A DNA stretch of 64,000 nucleotides from Candidatus Tayloriibacteriota bacterium (GTDB taxonomy: Bacteria; Patescibacteriota; Minisyncoccia; Phycocordibacterales; PALSA-1337), in the NCBI GenBank assembly GCA_028286665.1, contig JAQBRD010000026.1:7967-71966 (forward strand). Direction: 5' to 3'. Position numbers and translations under genes: made by a program. Positions 27,010-37,864 of the stretch are shown in pieces. The notes beneath the pieces were generated by a model. The model was not told where the DNA came from and did not search any database. It saw only the letters and a program-made list of their open reading frames with translations. How positions within the stretch are numbered: position 1 is the first letter of the stretch; the number at the start of each line of letters is the position of its first letter.

Positions 27010-28266
27010 GTGAAGATTCCGATCGCCATAACTTCCTGCATCATTGCCGCTGCGCTCGGTGCAGCCTTTTTCGTGATCCGCACGCCATTTTCCTACAATG
27101 TCTTCGATGATCCGCACAAGGACACCGCTGCTACCTCGACCAGCGGCTTCGTCGTGACTCATATCAAGACTCCTCAGCAGGTGAAGGGCATATATATGTC
27201 AGGCTGGGCAGCGGGAAGCCCGAAGCTTTTTCCGAAAGTCCTCGATGTCATCGAAACAACCGAGGTCAACTCGGTCGTGCTCGACATCAAGGATTACAGC
27301 GGCCGCATCAGCTTCCTCGTCGGCGATGATTCGCCCCTCAAGGCCATCGGCTCTCCTGAAAATCGCATTCCCGATATCAAGCAATTCCTCGCGCGCCTTC
27401 ACGACAAGGGCATCTATGTCATCGGCCGCGTCTCGACATTCCAAGATCCGTATTTCGTGAAGCTGCATCCCGAGTACGCCGTGAAGACGAAGGCCGGCGC
27501 AGTCTGGCAGGATCGCCATGGCATCAAATGGCTCGATGCAGGAGCTGAACCGGTGTGGAATTATTTCGTGACCATCGCGAAGGAGTCATATGCGGTCGGT
27601 TTCGATGAGATCCAATTCGACTATATCCGCTTTCCGACGGACGGAAACATGCGGGATATTTCTTTCACGTATGGCGGAAATCGCAAGAAAGCCGATGTGC
27701 TCAATGATTTTTTCGCATACGTCGATCAGCATCTCAGGAAGGAAGAGCATATTCCGATCTCTGCGGATTTCTTCGGACTCGTGACGACGAGCAATGACGA
27801 TCTCGGCATCGGCCAGGTGCTCGAGAACGGCCTCGCGCATTTCGATTATGTCTCGCCGATGGTCTATCCGTCGCATTATCCGCTCAACTACAACGGCTGG
27901 CCGGATCCGAACAGGAAGCCGTATGACCTCATCCATTATGTTCTCTCGAAGGGCATGGCTCGCGCTGTCGCCATGAATGCTCCTGCGATAGTCGCCACCT
28001 CGACCGCCACGACAACTTCAGCGCGCAAAGTTCCTTCCATAGCGTTTGCTAACGCTTCAGCGATTCTCGCGGCTGCGTCTTCGACGATGAAGATAAGTCC
28101 GCTCCAGATTCGCCCATGGCTCCAGGATTTCAGCATACGCGGCGTCACGTATACTCCGGACATGGTCCGTGCGCAGATCCAGGCGACGTACGACGTCGGC
28201 CTCGACAGCTGGCTCATCTGGAATGCCTCGAATATCTATACGAAAGAAGCATTTTTGAAAGAATAG
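27010..28266 (+). CDS. Putative glycoside hydrolase (DUF4015-like TIM barrel), membrane-anchored
   Basis: VKGIY, NSVVLDIKD.SG, GFDEIQFDYIRFP, PMVYPSHY, RPWLQDF, WNASN.Y. Confidence 0.85.
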   Translation: MKIPIAITSCIIAAALGAAFFVIRTPFSYNVFDDPHKDTAATSTSGFVVTHIKTPQQVKGIYMSGWAAGSPKLFPKVLDVIETTEVNSVVLDIKDYSGRISFLVGDDSPLKAIGSPENRIPDIKQFLARLHDKGIYVIGRVSTFQDPYFVKLHPEYAVKTKAGAVWQDRHGIKWLDAGAEPVWNYFVTIAKESYAVGFDEIQFDYIRFPTDGNMRDISFTYGGNRKKADVLNDFFAYVDQHLRKEEHIPISADFFGLVTTSNDDLGIGQVLENGLAHFDYVSPMVYPSHYPLNYNGWPDPNRKPYDLIHYVLSKGMARAVAMNAPAIVATSTATTTSARKVPSIAFANASAILAAASSTMKISPLQIRPWLQDFSIRGVTYTPDMVRAQIQATYDVGLDSWLIWNASNIYTKEAFLKE

Positions 28267-28281
28267 TAGTATCCTATGCAT

Positions 28282-29700
28282 ATGAATCCGACACTCCCGC
28301 AGAACCCGGCAGATGCTCCAGTCCCGAATGTTCCGACTATCTTCATCATCTTCGGCGTGACCGGAGATCTCGCCGGACGCAAGCTCCTTCCGTCGCTCCT
28401 CAGCCTCTATGTGAAGAAGCAGCTTCCGAGCAAATTCGCCATCGTCGGCTTCTCGCGCAGGCCTTTCACCCGCGAGGAATTCCGCCAGCTCATGCGCGAC
28501 AACATGAAGATCAAGCATGGCCAATTCCGCGAAGAAGACGTGAAGCACTTCCTCGATCACATGTCATATGAGCAGGGCAATTTCGATATTCCTGAAGCAT
28601 ATGATCGCCTCGCAGAAAAGCTCGATCTGATCGATAAAGGCTGGAAGCAGTGCTCGAACAAGCTCTTCCATCTCGCGACGCCGCCGTCTTTCTACGAAGT
28701 CATCCTCGACCGACTCGCAGAATCCGGCCTCACCATCCCATGCGGCGGAGACCTCGGCTGGACGCGCATCCTCATCGAGAAGCCATTCGGCAACGATACC
28801 GATACCGCCAAGCTCCTCGACAAGAAGCTTGCGAAGCTCTTCAAGGAAGAGCAGATCTTCCGCATCGACCACTATCTTGCGAAGGAGGCTCTGCAGAACA
28901 TCCTCACGTTCCGCTTTGCCAATTCGCTCTTCGAGCCGCTCTGGAATCGCGACTTCGTCGACAAGGTCCACATCAAGCTCTTCGAGAAGATCGACATCGA
29001 AGACCGCGGTCCGCTCTACGACAATGTCGGCGCATTGAAAGACGTCGGACAGAACCACATGCTGCAGATGCTCGCGCTCATCGCCATGGAGAAGCCGGCC
29101 TCATTCGAAGCCGGCCCCATCCGCAAGGAACGCGTGAAGGCGCTCTCGAAGCTCCGCCAGATCACTGCGCGCACCGTTTCAGCTACCTGCGTCCGAGGAC
29201 AATATGAAGGCTATATGAAGGAACGCGGCGTTCGGCCGGATTCTCAGACCGAGACGTTCTTCCGCATCGAAGCCCACGTCGACAATGCCCGCTGGAAGGG
29301 CGTGCCATTCTTCCTCGAGTCAGGCAAGGCGATGTTCGAATCCCGCGTCGAGATCGACATGTATTTCAGCGCAGAGGACAGCGACATCGAGCGCCAGAAT
29401 GTCCTCACATTCCGCATCCAGCCGGACGAAGGCATCAAGATCCGCTTCTGGGTGAAGACTCCTGGCTATTCGAATGAAGTCGAGCCGAAGACCATGAAAT
29501 TCCGCTACAGCGAGATGACTGATACCGCGGCCCTGCCCGACGCATACGAGCGAGTTCTTCATGACGCCGTCGTCGGAGACCAGACGCTCTTCGCCGATAC
29601 CGACGAGGTGCTCGCCGCATGGAAATTCATCACGCCGATCATGAACGTCTGGCGCTCCATTCCGCTCACGTTCTACAAGAAGGGGGCGAAGGAGGTCTAA
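28282..29700 (+). CDS. zwf: Glucose-6-phosphate 1-dehydrogenase
   Basis: GVTGDLA, IEKPFG, RIDHYLAKE, DVGQNH, RWKGVPF; start 28282 (alternative 28276). Confidence 0.96.
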   Translation: MNPTLPQNPADAPVPNVPTIFIIFGVTGDLAGRKLLPSLLSLYVKKQLPSKFAIVGFSRRPFTREEFRQLMRDNMKIKHGQFREEDVKHFLDHMSYEQGNFDIPEAYDRLAEKLDLIDKGWKQCSNKLFHLATPPSFYEVILDRLAESGLTIPCGGDLGWTRILIEKPFGNDTDTAKLLDKKLAKLFKEEQIFRIDHYLAKEALQNILTFRFANSLFEPLWNRDFVDKVHIKLFEKIDIEDRGPLYDNVGALKDVGQNHMLQMLALIAMEKPASFEAGPIRKERVKALSKLRQITARTVSATCVRGQYEGYMKERGVRPDSQTETFFRIEAHVDNARWKGVPFFLESGKAMFESRVEIDMYFSAEDSDIERQNVLTFRIQPDEGIKIRFWVKTPGYSNEVEPKTMKFRYSEMTDTAALPDAYERVLHDAVVGDQTLFADTDEVLAAWKFITPIMNVWRSIPLTFYKKGAKEV

Positions 29701-29769
29701 TTCACGTGTTATAATCCGTGCATTGACGACAAAAGTTTACTAAAAGCTTGTCAGTCATTAAAATAAACT

Positions 29770-30129
29770 ATGATAGCAGTATTTTTACTAATTCCGATTT
29801 TTATTGTTTTTTCTATATTGCGATACAGGAGGATTTCCATCGGTACAAATCTCGCTTCCAAAATTGCCGATCAAAATTCAGAGCAATTCAAAGCAGTTAA
29901 GAATGCCGTTTCAAGTACGGGATTCAGGCAAGGGATCAATTTAAGGACAGCTTTTCTTTCAGAGGATGATATCCTTAAATTCCCTCCAGAAATCCGGGCT
30001 AATGTCAGAAAGGCGAGGGTTTTTGACAGAGCGACGGTCGGCATGATGCTAATTTTTCTTATCCCAATCTTCCTGATCGCTTTTTCAATATTAAGCAAGT
30101 TTATTTACTTTAGTCAGAATTTGCGATAA
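29770..30129 (+). CDS. AT-rich hypothetical membrane protein
   Basis: Two TM helices, low GC, own TGtTATAAT box upstream. Confidence 0.55.
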   Translation: MIAVFLLIPIFIVFSILRYRRISIGTNLASKIADQNSEQFKAVKNAVSSTGFRQGINLRTAFLSEDDILKFPPEIRANVRKARVFDRATVGMMLIFLIPIFLIAFSILSKFIYFSQNLR

Positions 30130-30141
30130 CCTACATGAACT

Positions 30142-30369
30142 ATGATAAAGAACTTTTTGATGAAGCAGATGGTGAAGAAGCAGCTCGCGGGACTTCCGCA
30201 GGATCAGCAGGACATGATCATCACCATGATCGAGAAGAACCCTGATTTCTTCATGAAGATCGCGCACGACGTCCAGGAGAAGGTGAAGGGCGGCATGGGC
30301 CAGCAGCAGGCGATGATGCTCGTCATGAAGCAGAACGAAGCTGAGCTCAAGGGGATGATGGGGAAGTAA
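30142..30369 (+). CDS. Small Met/Gln-rich conserved hypothetical protein
   Basis: 'P..QQDMI..MIEKNPDFF.KIA..VQ.K.K.G..QQ.A.M.VM' pattern; host-like codon usage. Confidence 0.75.
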   Translation: MIKNFLMKQMVKKQLAGLPQDQQDMIITMIEKNPDFFMKIAHDVQEKVKGGMGQQQAMMLVMKQNEAELKGMMGK

Positions 30370-30410
30370 TTTTTGGGGAGAATAAGACTTATATAATAAA
30401 TCTTTCTGAT

Positions 30411-30815
30411 ATGGATAATACGAAATCTAGGTTTTGGAAGGTTGGAATGATAATCCTTTTCTATGCAGTCTTTGCTTTTGTGGGAAGCTTCGCAATAGGC
30501 TTTATAGAAGGAAGCCTAAGATCTGCAGGTGTTGCGAATGTGAATGGTCCCGTGTTGCTTTTTGCGTATGTGATCGTTAGTCTGCTTGCGGGTATATACG
30601 GCATATATAGGGGAATAAAATTCGTTTCAAAAAAATCAACGATCGACAGTAAGGATAGGAATCTGACGATAATATGGTTCGCAGTGCTGGAAGTCGCCCT
30701 CATCATCTTGAGCTTGAAATCCATCACTATTTTCCCGGCAAACCTCTCGATACTAATAGTTACTGGCGCAGCAACTTTTTTCCTTTTTCAAAAAGCTCTT
30801 GCAAAAAAGGCATAA
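30411..30815 (+). CDS. AT-rich four-TM hypothetical protein
   Basis: Four hydrophobic segments, low GC. Confidence 0.6.
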   Translation: MDNTKSRFWKVGMIILFYAVFAFVGSFAIGFIEGSLRSAGVANVNGPVLLFAYVIVSLLAGIYGIYRGIKFVSKKSTIDSKDRNLTIIWFAVLEVALIILSLKSITIFPANLSILIVTGAATFFLFQKALAKKA

Positions 30816-30869
30816 ACTTCCTTTTTGCCCTGCACATGCTACACCTTTTGGATATCAGGAATATAGTGT

Positions 30870-31625
30870 ATGAAAAATAAAATCATCCTTCGTCGCTTCG
30901 CATACGCATGCATTGTCATTGTCGCCGTAGCGGCAATCATCAGCACTGTGCATCGCATCGGGACAAGAGAGCCTAAGCCGCGCACGATCATCGTCACGGT
31001 CATTCCGGGTTCGACGATCAACAGCATAGCGAAGCTCCTCAGCGGCTCCGGCCTTCCTTCGCGGGATTTTCTGAAGCTCTCGCTGCCGACATTCGATGCT
31101 TCGACGTCGAAATCTGCCGCTGGCTTCGGGCTTGAAGGATATCTGTATCCGGACACCTACAATTTCACATCAGGCGAAAGCGCGGAACAGATCATCCGGA
31201 CGATGACCGAGAATTTCGATGCGCACTTCCCGCAAGATTTGTTTGATCATCAGAAAGGGACCGTGCGCAGCAAGCGCGACATCGTGATCATGGCTTCGAT
31301 CCTTGAAAAGGAAGTTGCCACAGCAGAAGACAAGAGGATAGTTGCGGGAATCCTCTGGAAAAGGCTGGAGCATCGCTTGCCGCTGCAGGTGGACAGCACT
31401 ACGCATTATTTTTTAGCGCCGTCTGCGGGATTGGTATATAATACGTACCAAAGTGCAGGATTGCCTTTCGGACCGATAAGCGAACCGTCGTCCGAAAGCA
31501 TCAGGGCGGCCCTTGAGCCGACAGTAACGGATTATTGGTACTTTCTCAGTGATCGAAAAGGGAAAATATTCTATAGCCGGACTCTGAGCGAACACCTTAT
31601 CAACAAAGCTAAATATGTCGAATGA
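30870..31625 (+). CDS. MltG endolytic transglycosylase, short paralogue
   Basis: LEGYLYPDTY, MASILEKE, LQVD, YNTY..GLP.GPI; stop overlaps the A2M start. Confidence 0.88.
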   Translation: MKNKIILRRFAYACIVIVAVAAIISTVHRIGTREPKPRTIIVTVIPGSTINSIAKLLSGSGLPSRDFLKLSLPTFDASTSKSAAGFGLEGYLYPDTYNFTSGESAEQIIRTMTENFDAHFPQDLFDHQKGTVRSKRDIVIMASILEKEVATAEDKRIVAGILWKRLEHRLPLQVDSTTHYFLAPSAGLVYNTYQSAGLPFGPISEPSSESIRAALEPTVTDYWYFLSDRKGKIFYSRTLSEHLINKAKYVE

Positions 31626-34600
31626 CACTCAATAACAAAAGCATTTCCGTCATCGTAGCGTCGGTGCTGGTCATAGGAGCCGCTGTATTTTTCGGTCTCA
31701 TGCGTCCTTCAGGACATATTCCAGCTTTTGAATATCAGGCAGTGTATCGATTGGTTCCGGAGAATGTGTCGAAATCGGCAGCGATCAGGATCGAGCTGCC
31801 GGCCGGAGTGACAGGTCAGCCGATAGACGTCGCAAAGCAAGTGAGCTTCGAGCCGTCCATAAGCGGCCGCTGGCTGGAGGAAACAGAAGTCTCGGGAGCG
31901 GCAGCGACGTACGATGCTTCTCAGAAGAAGGCTGTCTTTTATTACAAGCCGAATAGTTCTCTCGATGTCGGAGTGCATCATGATGTCATTCTGGCAATGG
32001 CAGGCGATCAGTCGATCCGTTCCGATTTCATGACCGTCGCTGATCCTGAGGTGCGATCGATTCTTCCGCACGGAGATGATGAAGTCATGACGAATACGAA
32101 GATAAGCATCGTCTTCAATCGTCCGATGGTGCCGCTCAGCACGCTGGACCAGTTCGATTCTGGGAATCTGCCGGTGACTATCGCTCCGAAGACTCCCGGC
32201 CGATACAAATGGATAAGCACCAACACGCTCCAGTTCATACCGGAGGGCGGCCTCATCTCGTCTGCGCACTATACGGTGAAGGTCAATGCCGGCTTCCATT
32301 CTCTGGAAGGACTCGATGCGAAACCTGCCGAATCGTCTTTTACTACGATACATATGCGTTTCTGGTCGGACGGATCCGACAGCTTCGGCAACGATTCGAG
32401 GACGAATGCAGTCCGCGGATACAACCAGCCGCTGCTCGTCAGGTTCAATCAGGCGGTCGATCTGGACAAGACTAGGCCTTTCATCAAGGTGAGCGACAGC
32501 AACACTGGAGGAAGTTCCGTTCAATATACTCTGAAATATGCGTCCGCAACTGCTGACGGAAAGACGACCGAAGATCAGACGATGCTTGCGATATATCCTG
32601 CTGGCGGCGAACAGAGCAGCTGGGAGGCGGAACATCAGTACGTCGTGATTGTCGATCGCGCATTTCCGAAATCGGGAGGAGACATATCCGTGTCTGCGCC
32701 TGGCCGCTTCGCCTTCGTTATCGACAAGATATATTCAGGATTGGATGTCCTTTCGCCGAGAACCAATCAGGCAAGCCTTGATCGATTTGATCCGACAGGA
32801 CAGCTTGCGATCAATCTGTATGAGGCTATCGATCTTTCGAAAAGCAAAATCCGCGGGCCAGCGGTCGCTAAGGTCGAGTACGGCGAGAAGTGCCAGGAGA
32901 ATGTGACTCCTTGCGCCAAGGTTCCGGACAGGAAGCGGATACTCGTCTCATTTAATGCCGGTATTCTGCGTACTGGAGCTACGACCGAGGTGGTCTTGGA
33001 TAGCGTCATTTCTGATCTCGGCGCACAGCTTGCCTCGAAACCGCTGTCTATCAATCTCACGGTATATCAGCCGCTCTCGATCTACGGCATCACAGCCGAT
33101 GCGTATCTTGATAGGCTCGTGATCTGCTCCAATAACCCGATCGATACCGAAGGCAAGAGCAATACCATCTCCGCAGATCCTGGTTTCGTCGCGACTTCAT
33201 GGCAGAGGTCGTATCTCCATAGCGATTACGCGAGCAGCGCGGGCTGCGGAATCGGCAGGTTCGAAACGGCAGTATACGGATATTTGAACGGGCAGACGAA
33301 ATATCGCGCATCATTGAACGTGAAGGACATATTCGGCCAATCTGCCCAGGGCGCTTTTGACTTCGTCACGCGCCAGGTAACCAGTCGGGACTATCTGCTC
33401 CGCTCATATCAGGACGGAGAAGTGGTCACCGTTCCAGCCAAGACGAAGCTCACTTTCGCTGTCTCATATCTGCCTGAAGTCACTGCAACTGTCTGCAAGC
33501 TTTCGCCGTACGACCTGTATCGTCTCCGCAACGGCGAAAATCGCAATCCGAAGGAGCTCTGCAGCCAGGCGGTGCAGAAGACGATAGCTCTGAAGAATGA
33601 CGAATCTGGCCTGAAGGAATTCAGCGTGGATATCAAGGATTATTTCCCGCAGGCTGTCGGCAACTACGCGGTGCTGCTCTCAAGCCCGCTTATCACGGAG
33701 AACTCGGACTATTCGTGGAAATATTTCGATACGACCTACGTTTCAGTCACGAATCTGATCGTGACCGAAAAGCGCATCGATCCTCTCGATAACAATAATT
33801 ACGATTCGATCCGATTGACCGGCGAGCAGATAGGCAAGCTGCAGAATCTGTACTGGGTCATCGATGCTGCGACGCAGAAGCCGGTTTCTGGCGCATCCGT
33901 GAGTCTTTTCAAGAACGGCGCTGCAGTCGAAACCGCCACAACCGACGACAAGGGTCTGGCATTCCTCACTCCGGTAGCCGGAACCGAGATGGCCGTAGCG
34001 AGCTATGGAGCTGACGCTGCTGTCATCTCCGGATATTCGACAAAACTCAACTATGCCGATAATGCAGTGAATATCAAGAAGATGTATATCTACAGCGATA
34101 AGCCGATCTATCGTCCAGGACAGGAGGTCGATTTGAAGGGGCTGTATCGACTGGGGTATGACGGATATTACGAGCTGCCTCCGACGGAGCCGGTGACTTT
34201 GACCGTGATCGATTCCGGCGGCGATGTCGTGAAGACGGTGAATCTGACTCCGAATAATTTCGGCTCCATACATACGAGCTTCGTGCTGCCTGCGTCAGCC
34301 CGTCTCGGCAGTTATTCTGCGTGCGTGAAATACCAGTGCACGAACTTCAGCGTGCTTGATTATTCGCCGGCCGCTTTCAAGGTCACACTGCAGACGACCG
34401 ATAGCGAGTACTTCGTGGGGGACAAGCCCGAGGTAAATCTCGATGCTGCGTATTATTTCGGAGTTCCTGTTTCCAATGCGTCTGCCGAGTATCATGTGAG
34501 CACCCAGTATTATCATTTCGACAAGTACGCGAAGGAGTATTTCAATTTCAACAATCTATCCGACGATACGAGCAGCGAGGGATATTATTATGGCGATCGC

Positions 34601-37600
34601 TATGTCGGGGATGGGCATGCGGCTCTGGATGCAGGGGGTCACGGGATAATCAAGCCTGCGCTCGATGCGGCATCTCTCAAGGATCCGCAGGTAAGCAAGA
34701 TCGTCATCGTGGACGCTACGGTCAAGAATCAGCAAGGTCGGTCCGTCTCGTCTCAGAAGTCATTCGTGCTCAATGCTGCTCCGACCTATCTCGGCAGCAA
34801 GATCGAGGAGCCATTCGTAGCGTCAAGCGATGCGATCAAGCTCAAGCTCAAATCGGTGGATACGAGCGGCAACGGCAAATCTTCAGGCGCGAGCGCAGCG
34901 CTCTATCGGGTTTCGTGGGTGAACAACGGGGGCAATTCATCTGGAAGCGGTTCGGATTGGCAGCGGAAGCGCGAGCTCGTAAAGACCTTTTCCGTTACTA
35001 CGGACTCATCTGGCGACGGCGAGCTTTCATTGCCGCAGCAGACCGCAGGTCAGTACGAAGTGGACGTGACGTCACAGGGAACAGTCGGCAGCCGTTCGTG
35101 GTTCTATGTATACGGCGATCAGAATGTCTCGGTGCGCTCAAGCGATGACACCTCGCTCGAACTTGTGCCGAGCAGTGCGACCGTCAAGACGGGCGATACG
35201 GCCGAAATCCTGATCAAGGTTCCGGAAGGCGCTGGGAAGGCCTTGGTCACCATCGAGCGCGGCAAGGTCTTCAGCTATGAGGTGATGGATATCACCGGAA
35301 CGATGAATCATTTCAAATTCCCGGTGACGGACCAGTACTATCCGAATGTATATGTAAGCGTGACCGTCTATTCGCCGAACCGATCCGTGAGGTTCGGCAG
35401 CTATTCCTTCGCCGTCGACAGCGGTCAGAAGAAGCTCAATATCACCGTGCAATCAGATAAGAAGTTCTACAATCCCGGAGATCCAGTGACGCTCCAGCTC
35501 ACTGCAAAAGACGAGGCTGGTCAGCCTGTAGCGTCGGAAATATCGCTCGCAGTCGTCGATATGAGCGTCCTTGCGCTTCGAGGCAACCCGAAGAAGGATC
35601 CGCTCTCGTCATTCTACGGCCATGTCTACCTTACTGTCGCAACCTATTCGAATTTCAAGAATCTGCTGAAGCAGGTCGAAAGAAAATCAGAGGACGGCAA
35701 GGGCGGCAGCGGCGGCGATTCGAAGAATCAGAAGAGCAGAGGCATCTTCAAAGAAGTCGCTTTCTGGAAGCCTGACATCATCACTGATGCTGCTGGAAAT
35801 GCTACGGTTAAGTTCATGCTTCCTGACAATCTGACGACGTGGCAGGCGGAAGTCGTCGGCATCACCGCTGATACTCATGTAGGAGCAGCCTACAGCGAGT
35901 TCACGACGAACAAGACACTGATGGTCGTTCCGCTCAAGCCTCGTTTCGTCCTGCCAGGCGACCGGTTCTCACTCGGTGCGACCGTATTCAATAACAGCAA
36001 GGTTGATTTCAATGGCATAGTGAAGCTCAAGGCTGATTCGCTCGTTGTTTCGAAAGCATCTCTGGAGAAAAATGTCGGCATCAAAGCCGGAAGCTCTCAG
36101 ACAATATATTGGGACGCGGCAGTTCCATACTCCGTGCAGGCTGGAACGATGAGCTATTCGATTTCGGCTGGAGGTCAGGATCTGACTGACGCGGTCGACG
36201 ATGAGCTGATCGTGAATGAGAATACCGCATATGAAGTCACTGCGACAGCAGGACAGACAGATACGTCTGCTCGCGAAGCGCTGTACGTGCCTTCTACGGT
36301 CATTCCTGGACAAGGAGGCCTCACGCTCAAGAGTTCGGCGACATTGGCCGTATATCTGGGAGACGCTCTCAAATATATGCTGGATTATCCGTATGAGTGC
36401 ACGGAGCAGATATCAAGCCGCATCGAGACGTTGGCACTCATGAAGAATGCAGGAGCTCTTGTCGATGTTCAAAAGAAGAAAGACGCTGACAAGATGGTAT
36501 TGTCCGGCCTCCAGTCGATATATGATCGTCAGAATCCTGACGGAGGCTTCAAGCTCTGGCCAGAAAGCCGAACCTCGAGCTACTGGGGAACTTTGGAAGC
36601 CATCAAGGCCTTCGATGTGCTGCAGAGATCCGGCTACTCGATAGATGCATCAGTCTGGGATAAGAGCGCAGCGTACGTGCACGATCAGTACTTCGCGCAA
36701 AATATCAATCGCGTCTTTCTCGATCCTGTCGACATGGCCGCGGCTTTGTTTACGAGACCTCGATACGTCGGACAGGAGGATGTGCGCCAGGCATTCGAGC
36801 AGGCGGCGCAAAATGCGATGAAAGATCCGAAAATTCCTAACGGCAAGCTCATCACGCTGAGCCAGATCATGCATCGGTATCAGCTCATGCCGTCACTCCA
36901 GGGCAAGACAGACCTCATGCTCGAGAACCGCATCGTCGTGGATTCTCGCGGCAGCTTCCTCGATATCGGGACGTCCGATTCATATGCTGATACCGCTATC
37001 AGCAATACCGCGCGCTTCATAAGCCTCTTGTCGGAGAACAAGCAGTCGAATGTCGAGCTGCCGAATCTCCTGCGCTGGCTCACGAGATCGAGGTCCAAAG
37101 ACGGCGCTTGGGGGTCGACGGAGAATACCTTGGCTGTCGTACAGGCCTTCACCAGCTATCTGAAATGGCAGCCAGAGACATCCGCGACATTCACTCTGGA
37201 CACCAGCCTGAACGGGACTCAGATCGATCATTTCGATTTCAAACCCGACACTATCCTGACCCAGCTCTCAAAGATCATACCGATGGCCGCCCTGCATTCA
37301 GGAGCTTTGAACACGGTTTCATTCGCGAAATCATCAGTCAAAGGCACCGATGTCGGAAAGATCTATTACGATATGAGCTTCAAGTATTATCTGCCGGCAG
37401 GCACGCTCGGTCCTCGTGATGAAGGCTTCGCGATACAGAGGAATTTCTACGCCTTGTCGGACAAGGACGGAGTGAAGCCGATGCTGAAAGCGAAAGTGGG
37501 CGATGTCATGCGCGAGCACATCGAGATCACGGTGCCAGCGACTCGAAATCAGGTCGCTCTCGAGGACTTCATACCTGCGGGCATGGAAATCGTCGATACG

Positions 37601-37864
37601 AGTCTTGCGACTGAAGACAAGACGCTCGACCAGGCCGATGCTACCGTCAAAAATCCGCAGCTCTGGCCTGATCACAAGGAGTGGCGCGACGATCGCGCGT
37701 TCCTGTACTTCGATCAGCTGTCTCCAGGAACGTACCAGTTCGACTATCTCGTTCGAGCTCTTGTCCCGGGAACCTATACGCAGCTGCCCGCGAACGTATC
37801 AGAGATGTATGTGCCGGAGAACTTCGGCCGAAGCGGTGCAGGCCTATTTACTATCGAGCAGTAA
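31622..37864 (+). CDS. Bacterial alpha-2-macroglobulin with N-terminal Ig-like domains
   Basis: SDKPIYRPGQ, LPDNLTTW, thioester YPYECTEQ, QNPDGGF, WGST.NT, 'EMYVPE.FGR'. Confidence 0.93.
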   Translation: MTLNNKSISVIVASVLVIGAAVFFGLMRPSGHIPAFEYQAVYRLVPENVSKSAAIRIELPAGVTGQPIDVAKQVSFEPSISGRWLEETEVSGAAATYDASQKKAVFYYKPNSSLDVGVHHDVILAMAGDQSIRSDFMTVADPEVRSILPHGDDEVMTNTKISIVFNRPMVPLSTLDQFDSGNLPVTIAPKTPGRYKWISTNTLQFIPEGGLISSAHYTVKVNAGFHSLEGLDAKPAESSFTTIHMRFWSDGSDSFGNDSRTNAVRGYNQPLLVRFNQAVDLDKTRPFIKVSDSNTGGSSVQYTLKYASATADGKTTEDQTMLAIYPAGGEQSSWEAEHQYVVIVDRAFPKSGGDISVSAPGRFAFVIDKIYSGLDVLSPRTNQASLDRFDPTGQLAINLYEAIDLSKSKIRGPAVAKVEYGEKCQENVTPCAKVPDRKRILVSFNAGILRTGATTEVVLDSVISDLGAQLASKPLSINLTVYQPLSIYGITADAYLDRLVICSNNPIDTEGKSNTISADPGFVATSWQRSYLHSDYASSAGCGIGRFETAVYGYLNGQTKYRASLNVKDIFGQSAQGAFDFVTRQVTSRDYLLRSYQDGEVVTVPAKTKLTFAVSYLPEVTATVCKLSPYDLYRLRNGENRNPKELCSQAVQKTIALKNDESGLKEFSVDIKDYFPQAVGNYAVLLSSPLITENSDYSWKYFDTTYVSVTNLIVTEKRIDPLDNNNYDSIRLTGEQIGKLQNLYWVIDAATQKPVSGASVSLFKNGAAVETATTDDKGLAFLTPVAGTEMAVASYGADAAVISGYSTKLNYADNAVNIKKMYIYSDKPIYRPGQEVDLKGLYRLGYDGYYELPPTEPVTLTVIDSGGDVVKTVNLTPNNFGSIHTSFVLPASARLGSYSACVKYQCTNFSVLDYSPAAFKVTLQTTDSEYFVGDKPEVNLDAAYYFGVPVSNASAEYHVSTQYYHFDKYAKEYFNFNNLSDDTSSEGYYYGDRYVGDGHAALDAGGHGIIKPALDAASLKDPQVSKIVIVDATVKNQQGRSVSSQKSFVLNAAPTYLGSKIEEPFVASSDAIKLKLKSVDTSGNGKSSGASAALYRVSWVNNGGNSSGSGSDWQRKRELVKTFSVTTDSSGDGELSLPQQTAGQYEVDVTSQGTVGSRSWFYVYGDQNVSVRSSDDTSLELVPSSATVKTGDTAEILIKVPEGAGKALVTIERGKVFSYEVMDITGTMNHFKFPVTDQYYPNVYVSVTVYSPNRSVRFGSYSFAVDSGQKKLNITVQSDKKFYNPGDPVTLQLTAKDEAGQPVASEISLAVVDMSVLALRGNPKKDPLSSFYGHVYLTVATYSNFKNLLKQVERKSEDGKGGSGGDSKNQKSRGIFKEVAFWKPDIITDAAGNATVKFMLPDNLTTWQAEVVGITADTHVGAAYSEFTTNKTLMVVPLKPRFVLPGDRFSLGATVFNNSKVDFNGIVKLKADSLVVSKASLEKNVGIKAGSSQTIYWDAAVPYSVQAGTMSYSISAGGQDLTDAVDDELIVNENTAYEVTATAGQTDTSAREALYVPSTVIPGQGGLTLKSSATLAVYLGDALKYMLDYPYECTEQISSRIETLALMKNAGALVDVQKKKDADKMVLSGLQSIYDRQNPDGGFKLWPESRTSSYWGTLEAIKAFDVLQRSGYSIDASVWDKSAAYVHDQYFAQNINRVFLDPVDMAAALFTRPRYVGQEDVRQAFEQAAQNAMKDPKIPNGKLITLSQIMHRYQLMPSLQGKTDLMLENRIVVDSRGSFLDIGTSDSYADTAISNTARFISLLSENKQSNVELPNLLRWLTRSRSKDGAWGSTENTLAVVQAFTSYLKWQPETSATFTLDTSLNGTQIDHFDFKPDTILTQLSKIIPMAALHSGALNTVSFAKSSVKGTDVGKIYYDMSFKYYLPAGTLGPRDEGFAIQRNFYALSDKDGVKPMLKAKVGDVMREHIEITVPATRNQVALEDFIPAGMEIVDTSLATEDKTLDQADATVKNPQLWPDHKEWRDDRAFLYFDQLSPGTYQFDYLVRALVPGTYTQLPANVSEMYVPENFGRSGAGLFTIEQ

